Positions 47,558-59,588 of a stretch of 64,000 nt of DNA are shown here, in pieces. Positions within the stretch are counted from its first letter, which is position 1; every line of letters begins with the position of its first letter. The position numbers were made by a program, and so were the translations under genes. Source of the stretch: an uncultured delta proteobacterium (GTDB lineage: Bacteria > Desulfobacterota > RBG-13-43-22). The stretch lies in contig CAWDKY010000027.1 of NCBI GenBank assembly GCA_963802945.1, positions 148,347 to 212,346 on the forward strand. Direction: 5' to 3'. The notes beneath the pieces are model-generated. The model made no database searches. It was given only the letters and a program-made list of their open reading frames with translations, and was not told the origin of the DNA.

Positions 47558-49848
47558 CTACCGGAGTTTTCCCATAGCCCGCAGAACCCTTTCGGGAGTC
47601 ATGGGCAGTTCGGACAGGCGAATGCCCAAGGCTCTGTGAATGGCGATGGCAATCGCTGCCGGCGGCGGGACCACCGGAGGTTCGGCGACCCCCCGGACCC
47701 CGTAGGGATGGCCCGGATTGGGAACTTCCACCAGGACCGTCTCGATCTTAGGGACATCTGTTGACGTCGGCATCCGGTAGTCGAGGAAACTCCGGTTAAG
47801 CATCCTGCCCTGATCGTCAAATTGATATTCTTCGGACAGGGCCCGGCCGATTCCTTGGGCAACGGCGCCCTGGATCTGCCCTTCGACATGCCCCGGGTGA
47901 ATGGCCTTTCCCACATCCTGTACCGATGTACAGCGCAGAATGGTGACCTTGCCGGTTTCCGGATCAACCTCCACGTCCACGATACAGGTGGAAATAGCAC
48001 TGCCGATGCCTTTGGGCTCGAGGCTGGCGGTCACATAGATTGGACCACCGGTGGTAAGCACCTGTGCCGCCACCTCCTTGAAGGTGAGACGTTTGTTCGG
48101 ATCGGTGTTAGTGGTGAAAACGCTTTCTCGGTAAGATACGGTGGAGAGATCGACATTCCAAATCAGGGCCGCCCGTTCCTTCATCTTCTGGATCACATCG
48201 TCGGCCGCTGTGATGGCGGCTATGCCGGTAGCAAAGGTGGTGCGACTTCCTCCCGTGGTTGCCGTGTAGCCAATGGAGCTTGTGTCGCCCGTAATGGGGT
48301 GTATCTCTGCAAGAGGAATCGACAGCCTTTCAGCGGCCTGCATGGCTATGGCGGTCCTGGCATTGCTGCCGACGTCGATGGATCCCATGATCAGGTTCAC
48401 CGAACCGTCGTCGTTGACGCCCAGGGAGCAGGTGGACTGCAGGGCATTGTTGGGCCACCAACCGCAGGCGATGCCCCGCCCCCGATAAGGTCCTTCGAGC
48501 GGCGTCTTATAATGCGCCGATTCCATAGCCGCCTCCAACGTTTCCCTGAATCCGATGAGGGGATAAGACGATGCCATCGATCTTCCGTGTCCCTTGCTTG
48601 GCCACGTTCTTCAGCCGGAATTCCATAGGGTCCATACCGATTTTCTCGCTCAACTCGTCGATGACGTTCTCATAAGCAAAGGTGACGTGTGGGGCATTCG
48701 GGGCCCGGAAGGAGCCGCTTTTCGGCTTGTTGACGAAGACATCATAACCTTCGATACGGCCGTTGGGGATATCGTATGGGCCGAAAATGACCCTGGCCCC
48801 ACCGGCGGCCCAACTGAAGCCACGATAGGCCCCAGTTTCAAACACCATATAGGCGGTGGCCGCAGTAATCCGGCCTTGGCGCGTTGCACCCATCTTCACC
48901 CGGATGAAGCAGCCGGTAGAGGGAACCGTGGCCGTGAAGACTTCCTCCCGGCTCATCACGATCCTGACGGGTCGTCCGGACTTCTTGGACAACAGGGCGG
49001 CTGCCGGTTCCAGAAAGGCAGCGCTCTTCCCACCGAATGAACCGCCTGTTTCCGTGGGAATGACTTGGATATGCGCCAGAGGGATGGGTAAAACATCGGC
49101 CACGTCCCGGCGCACGAAGAAGGCGCCCTGGGTGGAAGACCAGAGCTTAAGCTGACGTTCTGAGGTCCAGTCGGCGACGGCGGCCATGGGTTCGATATAA
49201 CCCTGGTGGATTATCCCGATCCGGAATTCCCGCTCGATAATAATATCGGCCTCGGCGAATCCCGCCTCCGGATCCCCTTTAAGATGTTCTACACGAAAGG
49301 CCACATTCCCGCCCACGCCCGATCTCCCTTCTTTGGGAACATTATCTTCATGGAGAACAGGACTGCCCTTTTCCATAGCCTGGAGGGGGTCCAATACGGG
49401 TGGAAGCACCTCATAGACCACATCGATCAATTTTAAGGCCTCCTCAGCCAGCCAGGGCTCAGCCGCAGCCACAGCCGCGATGGGATGTCCGCAATAAAGG
49501 GCTTTATGGCGGGCAAAAAAGTTGTCCCGCGAACTGACTGTCTTTCGGCTTGACCTTTTCCTGATTGGCGATGTCTTCAGCAGGCCAGAGGTCTTTCCAG
49601 GTGACGACGGCCATGACGCCGGGGAGCGCTTCCGCCCGGCTGGTGTCGATGGACAGGATGCGGGCATGGGCGTGAGGGCTGCGCAGGATCTTACCGTGGA
49701 TCATCCGGGGCAATTTAATATCGCCGGTATAAGCTGCCCGGCCCGTTGCTTTTTCCACCGCATCCTGAGCCACCGGACGGGTGCCGATGATCTTATATCG
49801 AGCCGCTGCGTTTTCCGCGGCTGCTTTCTGTTTGATGGTTTCGCTCAT
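47558..49848 (-). CDS. Xanthine dehydrogenase family molybdopterin-binding subunit (frameshifts near 49520 and 48570)
   Basis: [22 protein letters not shown]; HQGYIEP, SSTQG, GGSFGGK, FRAP; [35 protein letters not shown]. Confidence 0.88.
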
Positions 49849-50352
49849 TGGGCAGCCCTCCCTTCCGTTTGCTTTCGGTTCCGCAGGCGCGAAGCAGCCT
49901 CCTTAACCGCCCGGATGATTTTGTCGTATCCGGTGCATCGACAAAGATTGCCTGCCAGCCAAAAACGAATCTGTTCTTCTGTGGGGTCAGGATGGCGATC
50001 CAGAAGCGCTTTTGAAGCGATGAGCATCCCTGGCGTGCAATAGCCGCACTGGATGGCGGCGTTATTCCAGAAAAGCCTGCTGAAGATCATGAAGACTGCC
50101 GGCCTCGGCCAATCCTTCGATGGTCATGACCTCCTGCCCATCGATTTCCACGCCCAATACGAGGCAGGAATTCACCAGACGGCCATTGAGCAGGACACTG
50201 CAGGAACCGCAGTTGCCGTCGTTGCACCCTTCTTTGGTTCCCGTCAGATTAAGAACGTCCCGAAGGCAATCCATTAAACTCTGGCGGGGGTCGCAGAGAA
50301 ATTCTACCTCTTCGTTATTTACACGCGCCTTGACGCGAACCTTATCAGCCAT
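49845..50352 (-). CDS. XDH-family 2x[2Fe-2S] subunit (frameshift near 50070)
   Basis: [19 protein letters not shown]; [17 protein letters not shown]. Confidence 0.9.
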
Positions 50353-50371
50353 GTTTCTCAACCTCCTTAAC

Positions 50372-50523
50372 AGGTTGCTGAAAAAGGCCCATCAATCCCG
50401 CCAACGGCGGGATTGCCCTCATCCCTCGGGATTTCTTCGCATAAAGGGCAATGCTCAGTCCCACCCCTTCGGGGCGGGTTCCCAGTTTCGGGCGCCTTGT
50501 ATATAGACCTTTTTGAACAACCT
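50372..50523. mobile_element. MITE-like element inside the XDH operon
   Basis: Imperfect TIRs AGGTTGCTGAAAAAGG / CCTTTTTGAACAACCT; internal hairpins such as AATCCCGCC-AAC-GGCGGGATT. Confidence 0.6.
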
Positions 50524-50555
50524 AAAAAAATATTTTCCGCATCCAATTAATTTTT

Positions 50556-51438
50556 TCAGCTTTCTGTTAATCGTGCCCTGTCCACAGCGCCCTGCAGTGC
50601 CCTTTTAACCAGGATGCCCACCAAGTGCCGGCGGTAATCGGTTGTTCCGCGCATATCGGTAATCGGTCGAATGGCCACACGGGCGATTGCCGCAGCCTTG
50701 CTGAATGCCTCCTCGGAAGGGGTCTTCCCGACGAGGGTATCACCTGCCTCTCGAACAAGGATAGGGGTAGGGGCGACGGCACCGAGGGCAATCCGCGCGG
50801 CGACGATTTTCTTAAGGTCATCGCTCAGATCCACTTTTGCGCCAACCCCTGCCACGGCAATATCCATTTCATTGCGGGGAATGAATCGCAGGTAGCGGGC
50901 GCCGGAGCTGGGCCTTGGTGGCGGTACTTTTATTGAGACGAGCAGTTCCCCCCGCTCCAGCACATGGGCCCCCGGACCGGTAAAGAACTTTTCCACTAGG
51001 TACGACTCGTTCTCCGTGAGGTCCGAAAATCCGGCAGACGGCTTCAAGGACAATCAGGGTTGGCAGGGAATCACCGCTGGGTGAGGCGTTACAGACATTC
51101 CCGCCGAAGGTCGCCCGCCCCTGAACGGCCACGCCCCCGATGAGCGAGGCTGAATCGACGATGGCCGGATAAAGATCCTGAATCTGACGATTCTCATAGA
51201 TCCGCCAGCAGGGCACGGCTGCTCCGATGGTAAGCCCCTCCACAGGGTCGTAGACCAACTGGTTGGTGTCCGGAATGTGTTTGATATCTACGATGAGGTC
51301 GAGATCAAAGCGACCGGCACGGAGTTGAACCAGCAAATCGGTCCCTCCGGCCATCGCTTGAACCCGGAGGTCTTGGTTGCTCAGTAACATCGCGGCCTCC
51401 TGAAGCGATGAAGGTGCACGATATCCAAAAGGTTTCAT
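50556..51438 (-). CDS. XDH-family FAD-binding subunit (frameshift near 51000)
   Basis: AGGTDLL, ATFGGNVCNASPSGD; then DIAVAG, ARIALGAVAPTP, PITDMRGTTDYR. Confidence 0.9.
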
Positions 51439-51887
51439 TTACGCTTCTCCATTTCTTTTTTGCGACTTTCTTTATGAAAGTGAATTTTTTTTAAGCCGGC
51501 CTGGTTCTTAGTTCGAGATTCGTGAATGATTGTGCGGTTAGTTTTTTGAACAAGTACCCGATAGGTTACAGGTGTTATTTTAAATAAAACTTATTCCAGA
51601 GCGTTAAGATATTATATTAAGTTAAATATGACGCATAACTTTTACTGTCAAGAAAATTTTCGTTCCCAAGAAGGTCTTTTTAGAATTGATGACTGCACCC
51701 TGAATCTTTTGAGATGACTTGAGAGAACTGAAGTTGCTCAGACGGCAATTAATAAGAATTGGTTTCTTATTGAATCAGAAGGTGGTATTTTACTGTAAAA
51801 GTGGGCCATAAATCCGCGAGATGGGTTTAAAGGTTTAAAGAATTTCATTGCGAAAGCCCGACCGGATTTTAAACCAATTTTAAAAGG

Positions 51888-51925
51888 GCCGGGATGGTGG
51901 ATGAGCTATACCGTCCAATCCCGGC
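51888..51925 (-). terminator. Putative terminator after hydroxyacyl-CoA dehydrogenase gene
   Basis: GCCGGGAT...ATCCCGGC stem with short T-run on minus strand. Confidence 0.5.
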
Positions 51926-51940
51926 AGCGGTGTGTGTTTT

Positions 51941-53983
51941 CTACTTGCCCTTGAAGGTGGGAGTCCCCTTGCCAACGCTCGATAGACCGGTCAGGGCGTC
52001 TTCTGTGGAAAAAATCTCGTTCAGGTGGACCAGTTCCAGATGAACGGCTTCTGAAAGGGGCAGTTTGAAGCCTTCATCCATAATCTGGTTGGCAAACCTC
52101 AGGGCCAGCGGGGCCTTGCCGGCAATGATTTTGGCGGTTTTCGCCGTCAGAGGATCATCGCTTTTAAGAAATTTACCGGTCAACCATCCCTCTATCTTAT
52201 CATCTGAAAAAAGTTTTTTGATCTGTTGAAATTCCGGGGGAAGTGCTTCTTGGCCTTTCCCCTTTTTCGAAGTCAATTTGCCCTCGGCCAACAGCTTATG
52301 AATCTTTTCGTCGATCTCCTCAGGTGAAAACAGATAGTCGGCCAGCCCTATGGAAAGAGCGACCTCCCCGGAGATTGTCCTGGCCGGTGAAGATGATATA
52401 CTTGGCCAGCTCTTTGCCTACATAGCGGCTGGTACGCTGCGGTCCCACCGAGTCCCGGATAGATCCCGATTCCGGTTTCGGGAAACCCCATGGCCGACTT
52501 GGGCGTGGCCGCGATCACATCCGCAGAAAGAGCCAATTCAAAACCGCCCCCTAGGGCCGGCCCATCCACCTTGGCGATCACCAGCTTTTTGCTGGCATCG
52601 ATGCGTTTCAAAACATCCTGGCCGAAAGCCGTGAAGGCATAATTGTCCTCCAACCGGTAGTTCTTGATGCAATCCACAAAAAAATTGATGTCGGCCCCGG
52701 CCACGAAAGCCTTTCCAGCCCCCTCTAGAACAATGGCCTTGATTTGAGTATCCGCCTCGGCTTCTTTGAAGGCCTCGTCCAATTGCTTGACCACGGTAGG
52801 ATTGAGGGCATTCATGGCATCCGGTCGGGAAATGCAAACCCGCCCCAAATCTCCATCACGGCGGTAGGAGACATAACGGATGTCCCACGGATCTCCCTTG
52901 GCCTTCTGGGCCTTCAGACTATCGGGCATTTTCAGGCCGGGCCAAGCCTTTAAAAGGTCTTCAACCATGCTGTAAGTCTTATCGATGCCATAGAGGTTCA
53001 TGAGTTCGAAAGGTCCTTTAGACCAACGAAGCCCGACCTTGGCTCCCAGGTCGATGTCAGACATACTGACTACATTTTCCTCCAGGAGTGTGCAGCAGAG
53101 ATAAAAGACAGTGCCCAGCAACCGGTCTACAACCTTCTGCAATTTTGACTCATCCACCTGGCCGTCGAGAGGGAAATCCTTACCCGATTCAAACTGGGCC
53201 TTCAGCCTGGCCGAAGGGGCGTAAAAAGAATGCTTGATTTGATCGAAAAGGGATTGGGAGGTGTGATGGGCAATCGTTACGCCGGTTACATTGACCAGTT
53301 TGAAAGTGACCCATGCCGATGTCTAAGGCATCCATGAATGCCTTGTCGATAGTGGAAGCGTTGGCCCAGCCCTCCTCCAAGATGCGGGTCGCTTCGTTGT
53401 TTAAGGGGACAAAAAAACGGTTGACGGCAAAGCCGGGAGAATCCTGGACTAAGATATCGGTTTTACCAGTAAGAATGGAATACTGCTTGCAGGCGGCGAT
53501 GCATTCCGGCGATGTAGCTGAACCCGGAATAATCTCCAGAAGGCGGTTCATGGCCGGATGGTAGAAAAAATGAAGCCCGACAAAGCGATCCTTTCTATTT
53601 ACGGCCTTGGCCAGTTCGTTAATCGAGAAGGAAGAGGTATTGGAGGCCAGGATCATCTTGGGACCACACACTTTATCAAGCCGTGAAAAAAGCTCTTTCT
53701 TGACCGCCAGGTCTTCAAAGACCGCTTCGATCACCAGATCGCAGTCCTTGATCTCGGCCGTGTCCGCAGTGCCATGAATACGGGAGAGGATTTCGTCGAC
53801 TTGTTCAGGCTTAAAGATTCTTCTTTCCACTCCCTCTTGAAGAGTTTTCCTAATATTGTTTATTCCCCTTTCGACAAACTCCGGTTTCATGTCCACTAAG
53901 ACTACCGACAGGCCTTCCTGAGCTGTTTTTTGGGCGATCCCGCCGCCCATATTGCCTGCCCCGATGATTCCTATTTTTTTCAT
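51941..53983 (-). CDS. 3-hydroxyacyl-CoA dehydrogenase / enoyl-CoA hydratase fusion (several frameshifts)
   Basis: IGIIGAGNMGGGIA, VIEAVFE, ASNTSS, GLHFFYHP, PGFAVNR; crotonase RPDAMNAL, AFVAGADI, GPALGGGFEL, PETGIGIYPG. Confidence 0.88.
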
Positions 53984-54079
53984 GTTTGAAATCTCCTTAT
54001 TTACCAGTTAACAAGCTATCTGATTTGTTTCAGCATTGCCGCCGATCTGAATTTTATGATTCCATTGCCTTTATCCCTT

Positions 54080-56425
54080 TTATTTTTTTTCCTTCAAGGC
54101 CCGCCAGATGCGTTCGGAGGTGACGGGCAATTCGTTAAGGCGCACCCCGGTGGCGTCGTAAACGGCATTCAGGATGGCCGGGATGGTGGGCATGATGGCC
54201 CCTTCGCCGACCTCCTTGGCCCCGTAAGGGCCGTTGGGCTCGTTGCTTTCAATAATAATCGATTCAACCGGCGGCACATCCATGGCCGTGGGGACCTTGT
54301 ATTCTCCCAGAGAGGCATTGATGATCTGTCCTTGATCGTTGAATTTCACTTCTTCAAACAGGGCCTCGCCCAGGCCCATGGAAACCGAACCTTCCATCTG
54401 CCCTTCCACAGAAGTCCGATTAATGGCCAGGCCGCAGTCATGGGCATCGGTTACTTTTTCCACCGTCACCTCGCCGGTTTCCAGGTCCACACTGACCTCA
54501 GCGATCTGGGCCGAACAGCCATAGGCCGGGGAGGTCCCGACCGTCGCCCCTTTAAATGAGCCGCCCAACTTGGGTGGTTTATATTTGCCCGTGCCGACAA
54601 TCGTGCCTCGTTCTAAATAGGCCAGACGGGCCGCTTCTTTAAAAGTCAAGTGATCTCCCTGAGGCGGATCGGTCCAGCCCCGATGCTCTTTAATATAGCT
54701 GATGCGTATTGGTTCGAAATCCGGGGTGACGCCTTCAAAAAAGACCAGCCCGTTGCGGACCGAAATCTTTTCCACTGGAACGTTCAGGCTTTCAGACAAT
54801 ACCTCTAAGACCTGACGTTTGGCATCTTCGGCCGCTTCCTTGGTGGCGTATCCGGTCATCAGGGTCTGGCGGCTGGAATAGGCCCCCAGGTCCACGGACA
54901 GGTCCGTATCCCCGGAGACGACCCGCACATCCTCATAGCGGACCCCCAGGGCCTCGGCGGCGATCATGGCCAAGGCCGTGTCCGAACCCTGGCCGATTTC
55001 CGCACTGCCTGTCTGGACCTGGATGGTCCCGCCGTCCTCGGAAATTTTAACCACCACGGTGGCATGGTAGGTGTCGGACCGATAAATGGGATAACCGGCG
55101 CCGGAGACAAAGAAGCCGCAGGCCATGCCGATGCCTTTGCCTTTGGGCAGGCGGCCTTTTTTCTGTTTCCAATCCGAATGATCCCGGATGGCCTCGATGC
55201 ATTCTTTCATGCCCAAGCTGCTCATGTTAAGCTCGTTGCAGGTGGTGTCTCCGGTTTCCATGATATTTTTCAGGCGCATTTCCACCGGGTCGATCCCCAG
55301 TTTTTCGGCGATGATGTCCAACTGCTGTTCGAACCCGGCCCGGGCGGCCACGCCGCCGTGTCCCCTTTGGGCCCCGCAGGCCGGACGGTTGGTGTAGACC
55401 CGATAACCGTCGTATTTCATATTGGGGAGTTTATAGGGGCCGCCTAAAAGGGAACCGGCATAATAGACCGTGGCGATCCCGAAGCTGGAATAGGCCCCGC
55501 CTTCGAGATAGCAGGTGTTATGCAGGGCCATCAGGGTGCCGTCTTTCTTAACCCCGGTTTTAAAGGTGTGAAAAAATTGATGACGAGCCCGGCTGTGCAG
55601 AAAGACCTGTTCCCGGGTAAAATGCATTTTTACCGGACGATGGGTTTTGATGGAAAGCAGGCAGCCGACCAATTCCAGAGTGGAAGCCGAGGCCTTAGGC
55701 CCGAATCCGCCGCCCACATAGGGTTTGATGACCCTCACCTTGCCGATGGGTATTTGTATGACCATGGCCACGGTCCGCTGGACATAATGGGGAACCTGAG
55801 TGGAACTATAGAGAGTCAGATATCCGTGATAATCGTAAACAGCCACAACGTTGTTGGGTTCCAAGAAGGCGGCATCCTGTCGTTTATTGACAAACTTATG
55901 TTCATGGATCAGGTCGCATCGGGCAAAGGCCGCTTCCACATCACCGAACTCCTGGTGAACCTCGGCGCAGATATTGCGGGCGAAGGTCTCATGGATCTGA
56001 GGGGCCCCTTCGCTCATGGCCTGGAAGGGATCAAAAACAGCCGGAAGTTCCTCGTAATCCACCCGGATCAATCCTAAGGCCTCCTGAGCCGTTTCCCAAT
56101 CCACAGCGGCCACGGCAGCCACTTCATCCCCGACATAACGCACCTTATCGACCGCCAGGATGGTTTCATCGTAACGGGCCGGGGAAACCCCATAAGGGAT
56201 GACCTTCACATCCCGGGCGGTTACCACGGATTTTACTCCGGGAAGTTTTTTGGCCTGTGAAGTATCGATGTTTTTAATGCGGGCATGGGCCAAAGGACTT
56301 TGCAATACGGCCCCGTAAAGCATATTCGGAAAATGCAGATCATCAGTATAAATAGCCCGTCCGGTGGCCTTGTCCGGTGCATCCAGCCTTGGGGCCCGGC
56401 TATTGATGACGCTGTAGGAGTTCAT
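54080..56425 (-). CDS. XDH-family molybdopterin subunit, 4-hydroxybenzoyl-CoA reductase alpha (HcrA)-like
   Basis: Intact 781 aa; SSTQVPHY, VGGGFG, AQRGHG, AEIGQGS, DLGAYSSR, AHDCG, GAKEVGEG. Confidence 0.85.
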   Translation of the reverse strand: MNSYSVINSRAPRLDAPDKATGRAIYTDDLHFPNMLYGAVLQSPLAHARIKNIDTSQAKKLPGVKSVVTARDVKVIPYGVSPARYDETILAVDKVRYVGDEVAAVAAVDWETAQEALGLIRVDYEELPAVFDPFQAMSEGAPQIHETFARNICAEVHQEFGDVEAAFARCDLIHEHKFVNKRQDAAFLEPNNVVAVYDYHGYLTLYSSTQVPHYVQRTVAMVIQIPIGKVRVIKPYVGGGFGPKASASTLELVGCLLSIKTHRPVKMHFTREQVFLHSRARHQFFHTFKTGVKKDGTLMALHNTCYLEGGAYSSFGIATVYYAGSLLGGPYKLPNMKYDGYRVYTNRPACGAQRGHGGVAARAGFEQQLDIIAEKLGIDPVEMRLKNIMETGDTTCNELNMSSLGMKECIEAIRDHSDWKQKKGRLPKGKGIGMACGFFVSGAGYPIYRSDTYHATVVVKISEDGGTIQVQTGSAEIGQGSDTALAMIAAEALGVRYEDVRVVSGDTDLSVDLGAYSSRQTLMTGYATKEAAEDAKRQVLEVLSESLNVPVEKISVRNGLVFFEGVTPDFEPIRISYIKEHRGWTDPPQGDHLTFKEAARLAYLERGTIVGTGKYKPPKLGGSFKGATVGTSPAYGCSAQIAEVSVDLETGEVTVEKVTDAHDCGLAINRTSVEGQMEGSVSMGLGEALFEEVKFNDQGQIINASLGEYKVPTAMDVPPVESIIIESNEPNGPYGAKEVGEGAIMPTIPAILNAVYDATGVRLNELPVTSERIWRALKEKK

Positions 56426-56472
56426 AAGTTCTGTCCTTCCTCTTATACGTTTTTGCTGATCCTTTTAAACAG

Positions 56473-56940
56473 TCAGCTATCCTGTTTGACCACCGAGTCA
56501 ATGGCATCCACTATTTTCTGATATCCCGTGCAGCGGCAAAGGTTGCCGCTGATGGCTTCCCGAATTTCCGATTTGGCAGGCCTTGGGTTTTTATCCAACA
56601 AGGCCTTGGCCGACAGGATCATGCCGGGGCTGCAAAAGCCGCATTGGATGCTTCCGTGCTCCACAAAAGCCTGTTGAATGGGATGAAGTTTCCCTTCCTC
56701 GGAGAGCCCTTCAATGGTCAGTATCTGGTGCCCTTCAGCTTCCACAGCCAGGACCAGACAGGAATTGACCGGCTGTCCGTCCATCAGGACGGTACATGAG
56801 CCACAGTCCCCCAGACTGCAGCCCTGTTTAGTTCCTGTCAGCCTTAAATTTTCTCTAAGCACTTGAGTCAAGGTTCGGTTTACCGGTATGACCAGATCAT
56901 ACTCCCGGCCATTGACCTCAAGGGTGATCATTCTTTTCAT
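56473..56940 (-). CDS. XDH-family 2x[2Fe-2S] subunit
   Basis: [33 protein letters not shown]. Confidence 0.92.
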   Translation of the reverse strand: MKRMITLEVNGREYDLVIPVNRTLTQVLRENLRLTGTKQGCSLGDCGSCTVLMDGQPVNSCLVLAVEAEGHQILTIEGLSEEGKLHPIQQAFVEHGSIQCGFCSPGMILSAKALLDKNPRPAKSEIREAISGNLCRCTGYQKIVDAIDSVVKQDS

Positions 56941-56950
56941 GGGAAATCTC

Positions 56951-57316
56951 CTAAGCTTTTTTCATGAGTTGCCGATAAGCGTCTTTCAGAGTGCGTAAGG
57001 TCAAAATCTTCACCATGTCTTGACGATAATCCGCAGATCCGCGATGATCGGTGATGGGTTTGGAGTCCTGAGCCGCAGCCTGGGCCGCTTCTTGAAAAAC
57101 CGGGTCGTTTTCATTTTTAGGTTTGGCTCCCATTAGGATTTTGGCTGCCGATGGCGCAAGCATTGGGATAGGGGCCACTGCACCCAGGGCCACCCGGGCC
57201 TGGTTGATCGAACCGTCAGGTGTCAGTTCAAGGAAAGAAGCGGCATTGACCAGCGCAATTTCTAACGCCTTCCGAGTTCCCAGTTTGAGATAGGCTCCGG
57301 CCCCTGGGGTTTTCTG
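56951..57316 (-). pseudogene. C-terminal fragment of XDH-family FAD subunit; 5' part replaced by unrelated DNA
   Basis: AYLKLGTRKALEIALVN..ARVALGAVAP..PITDHRGSADYR; no AGGTD N-terminus upstream. Confidence 0.75.
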
Positions 57317-58665
57317 AAACATAAGCCACATCGTCGCCAAACTGCGCCGTCATTGGCGGCGCGCGTGGCCATGCGAAGCCACCCTGAGCTTCCGCCGCGC
57401 GCTGCTGCATAATCGATGGATTGTAGTTGTGATGGAAATGACGCGGCACCCTGCGAGGGAGAGACGTAAAGGGGGACGTTTGTTTGGTCGCTTAACCAGT
57501 TAGTGCTCTGGAGGGATTGGTAGTTGCAGACGAAAAAGCCATGTCCTTCGGTCGGGGCAATTGGGGACCAAGTCGGTCGGAAGCTGCCGGGCTGGCGCGA
57601 GCGCGAGGATGCTAAGAAGCGGCCGACCGCGCCTGGCTAATGAGTCTCATAATATTTAGTGTCATAGAACTGCTCGTTGAGATTGTCTACAAACTCTCAA
57701 CTGGATACATTAGCAGCCTCCTTCCGACCGATAGCAAGGATGGTCGGCAGAAATGATTTGGCCCGCCGGGTTATGGTCTCGGGCCGCAATTCCTGCTCTT
57801 GCTTAGTGGAGCGTGGCAGAAATTGGCACCCGAACTCCAGATCTCAGCGGAAGCTGGTTGATGTCCTATATTGCGGGGCAGTATCGAGTTGATGCGAAAC
57901 ATTGTGCTTAGCCTTTTTCTTACCGCCTCGTCCGCCCGGCGTATTTGCCCCGAATCCTTCCGCGCCGGGAACGCCGGCAACTCTTTTCCTTCGCTGCCTG
58001 CCTGTAACATAAACGACGGCAAGAAAAAGGCTAAGCACAATGTTTCGCATCAACTCGATACTGCCCGCAAAACGTATCGGACATCAACCAGCTTCCGCTG
58101 AGATCTGGAGTTCGGGTGCCGATTTCTGCCACGCTCCACTAAGCAAGCAGGAATTGCGGCCCGAGACCATAACCCGGCGGGCCAAATCATTTCTGCCTGA
58201 CCATCCTTGCTATCGGTCGGAAGGAGGCTGCTAATGTATCCAGTTGAGAGTTGTTAGACAATCTCAACGAGCAGTTCTATGACACTAAATATTATGAGAC
58301 TCATTAGCCAAGGCGCCGTCTGCCGGCTCCTTAGCATCCTCGCGCTCAGCCTGGCTTCCGCCCAGGCCCGGCAGCTTCCGACCGACTTGGTCCCAATTGC
58401 CCCGACCGACATCGCGCCTTTCGTCTGCAACTACCAATCCCTCCAGAAACTCTCCTCGTGGCCACCCCTGCCGTTTAACTGGTTAAGCGACCAAACAAAC
58501 GTCCCCCTTTACGTCTCTCCCTCGCAGGGTGCCAGCGTCATTTTCGTTGGCGACCAATCCATCGATTATGCCCAGCGCGCGGCGAAGCTCAGGTCCTTCG
58601 CATGGCCACGCGCGCCGCCAATGACGGCGCGGCTGAGCCTGGCGACGATGTGGCTTATGTTTCAG
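57316..58665. other. Palindromic core of foreign-looking DNA
   Basis: ~600-bp arms unrelated to flanking operon, differing mostly by indels; right arm encodes the N-terminus of a signal-peptide-like protein (58279..). Confidence 0.7.
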
Positions 58666-59015
58666 AAAACCCCAGGGGCCGGGGCCTATCTCAAATTGGG
58701 GACCCGGAAGGCCCTGGAGATTGCCCTGGTCAATGCCGCTTCTTTCCTCGAACTGGCTCCCGATGGTTCAATCAACCGGCCCGGGTGGCCCTGGGAGCGG
58801 TGGCCCCAATCCCTTTCCTGGCCTCCTCGGCGGCCCAGGTCCTGGAAGGGGTCAAACCCAAAAATCAGGACGATCCGGTTTTCAAAAAAGCCGCCCGGGC
58901 GGCGGCTCAGGATTCCAAGCCCATTACCGACCATCGTGGATCAGCGGATTACCGCCGGGACATGGTGGAGATTTTGACCTTGCGCACCCTGAAAGCCGCC
59001 TATCGGCACTTATGA
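58666..59015 (+). pseudogene. Mirror copy of FAD-subunit C-terminal fragment (frameshifted)
   Basis: Same truncation point as 56951-57316. Confidence 0.7.
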
Positions 59016-59035
59016 AAAATGCTTAGGAGATTCCC

Positions 59036-59513
59036 ATGAAAAAAATGATAACCCTCAAAGTCAATGACCGGGAATACGATCTGGTCATTCCCGTAAACCG
59101 GACCTTGACCCAAGTGCTCCGGGAAAATTTAAGACTCACCGGCACCAAACAAGGCTGCGAAATGGGAGACTGCGGGTCTTGCACCGTCCTGATGGACGGA
59201 CAACCGGTCAATTCCTGTCTGGTCCTGGCCGTGGAGGCCGAAGGGCACGAGATACTGACCATTGAAGGATTATCCGCTGAGGGAGAACTCCATCCCCTTC
59301 AACAAGCCTTTGTAGAGCACGGCAGCATCCAATGCGGCTTTTGCAGTCCGGGCATGATCCTGTACCGCCAAGGCCTTGCTGGACAAAAATCCTTGTCCCA
59401 GCCAATCGGAAATCAGGGAAGCCATCAGCGGCAATCTCTGCCGCTGCACAGGCTATCAAAAAATAGTGGATGCCATTGAATCAGTGGCAAGGGATAAGGT
59501 CAAAGCGAGGTAA
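59036..59513 (+). CDS. 2x[2Fe-2S] subunit, second copy (frameshift near 59365)
   Basis: [18 protein letters not shown]; NLCRCTGY in another frame. Confidence 0.8.
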
Positions 59514-59588
59514 TCAAAAATCTTCACTAGCTTAAACCTATTCATTACCCTGAACCAAACCTTTACCTATGAAAGAAGGATAAATCTT

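Noticed and set aside
47558-53983. True pseudogenes in the XDH and dehydrogenase operons
   Set aside because: Breaks look like single indels and motifs are intact; consensus error is more likely.
58279-58977. 232-aa ORF as a novel secreted/FAD fusion protein
   Set aside because: Chimera across the foreign-host junction with a frameshifted tail.
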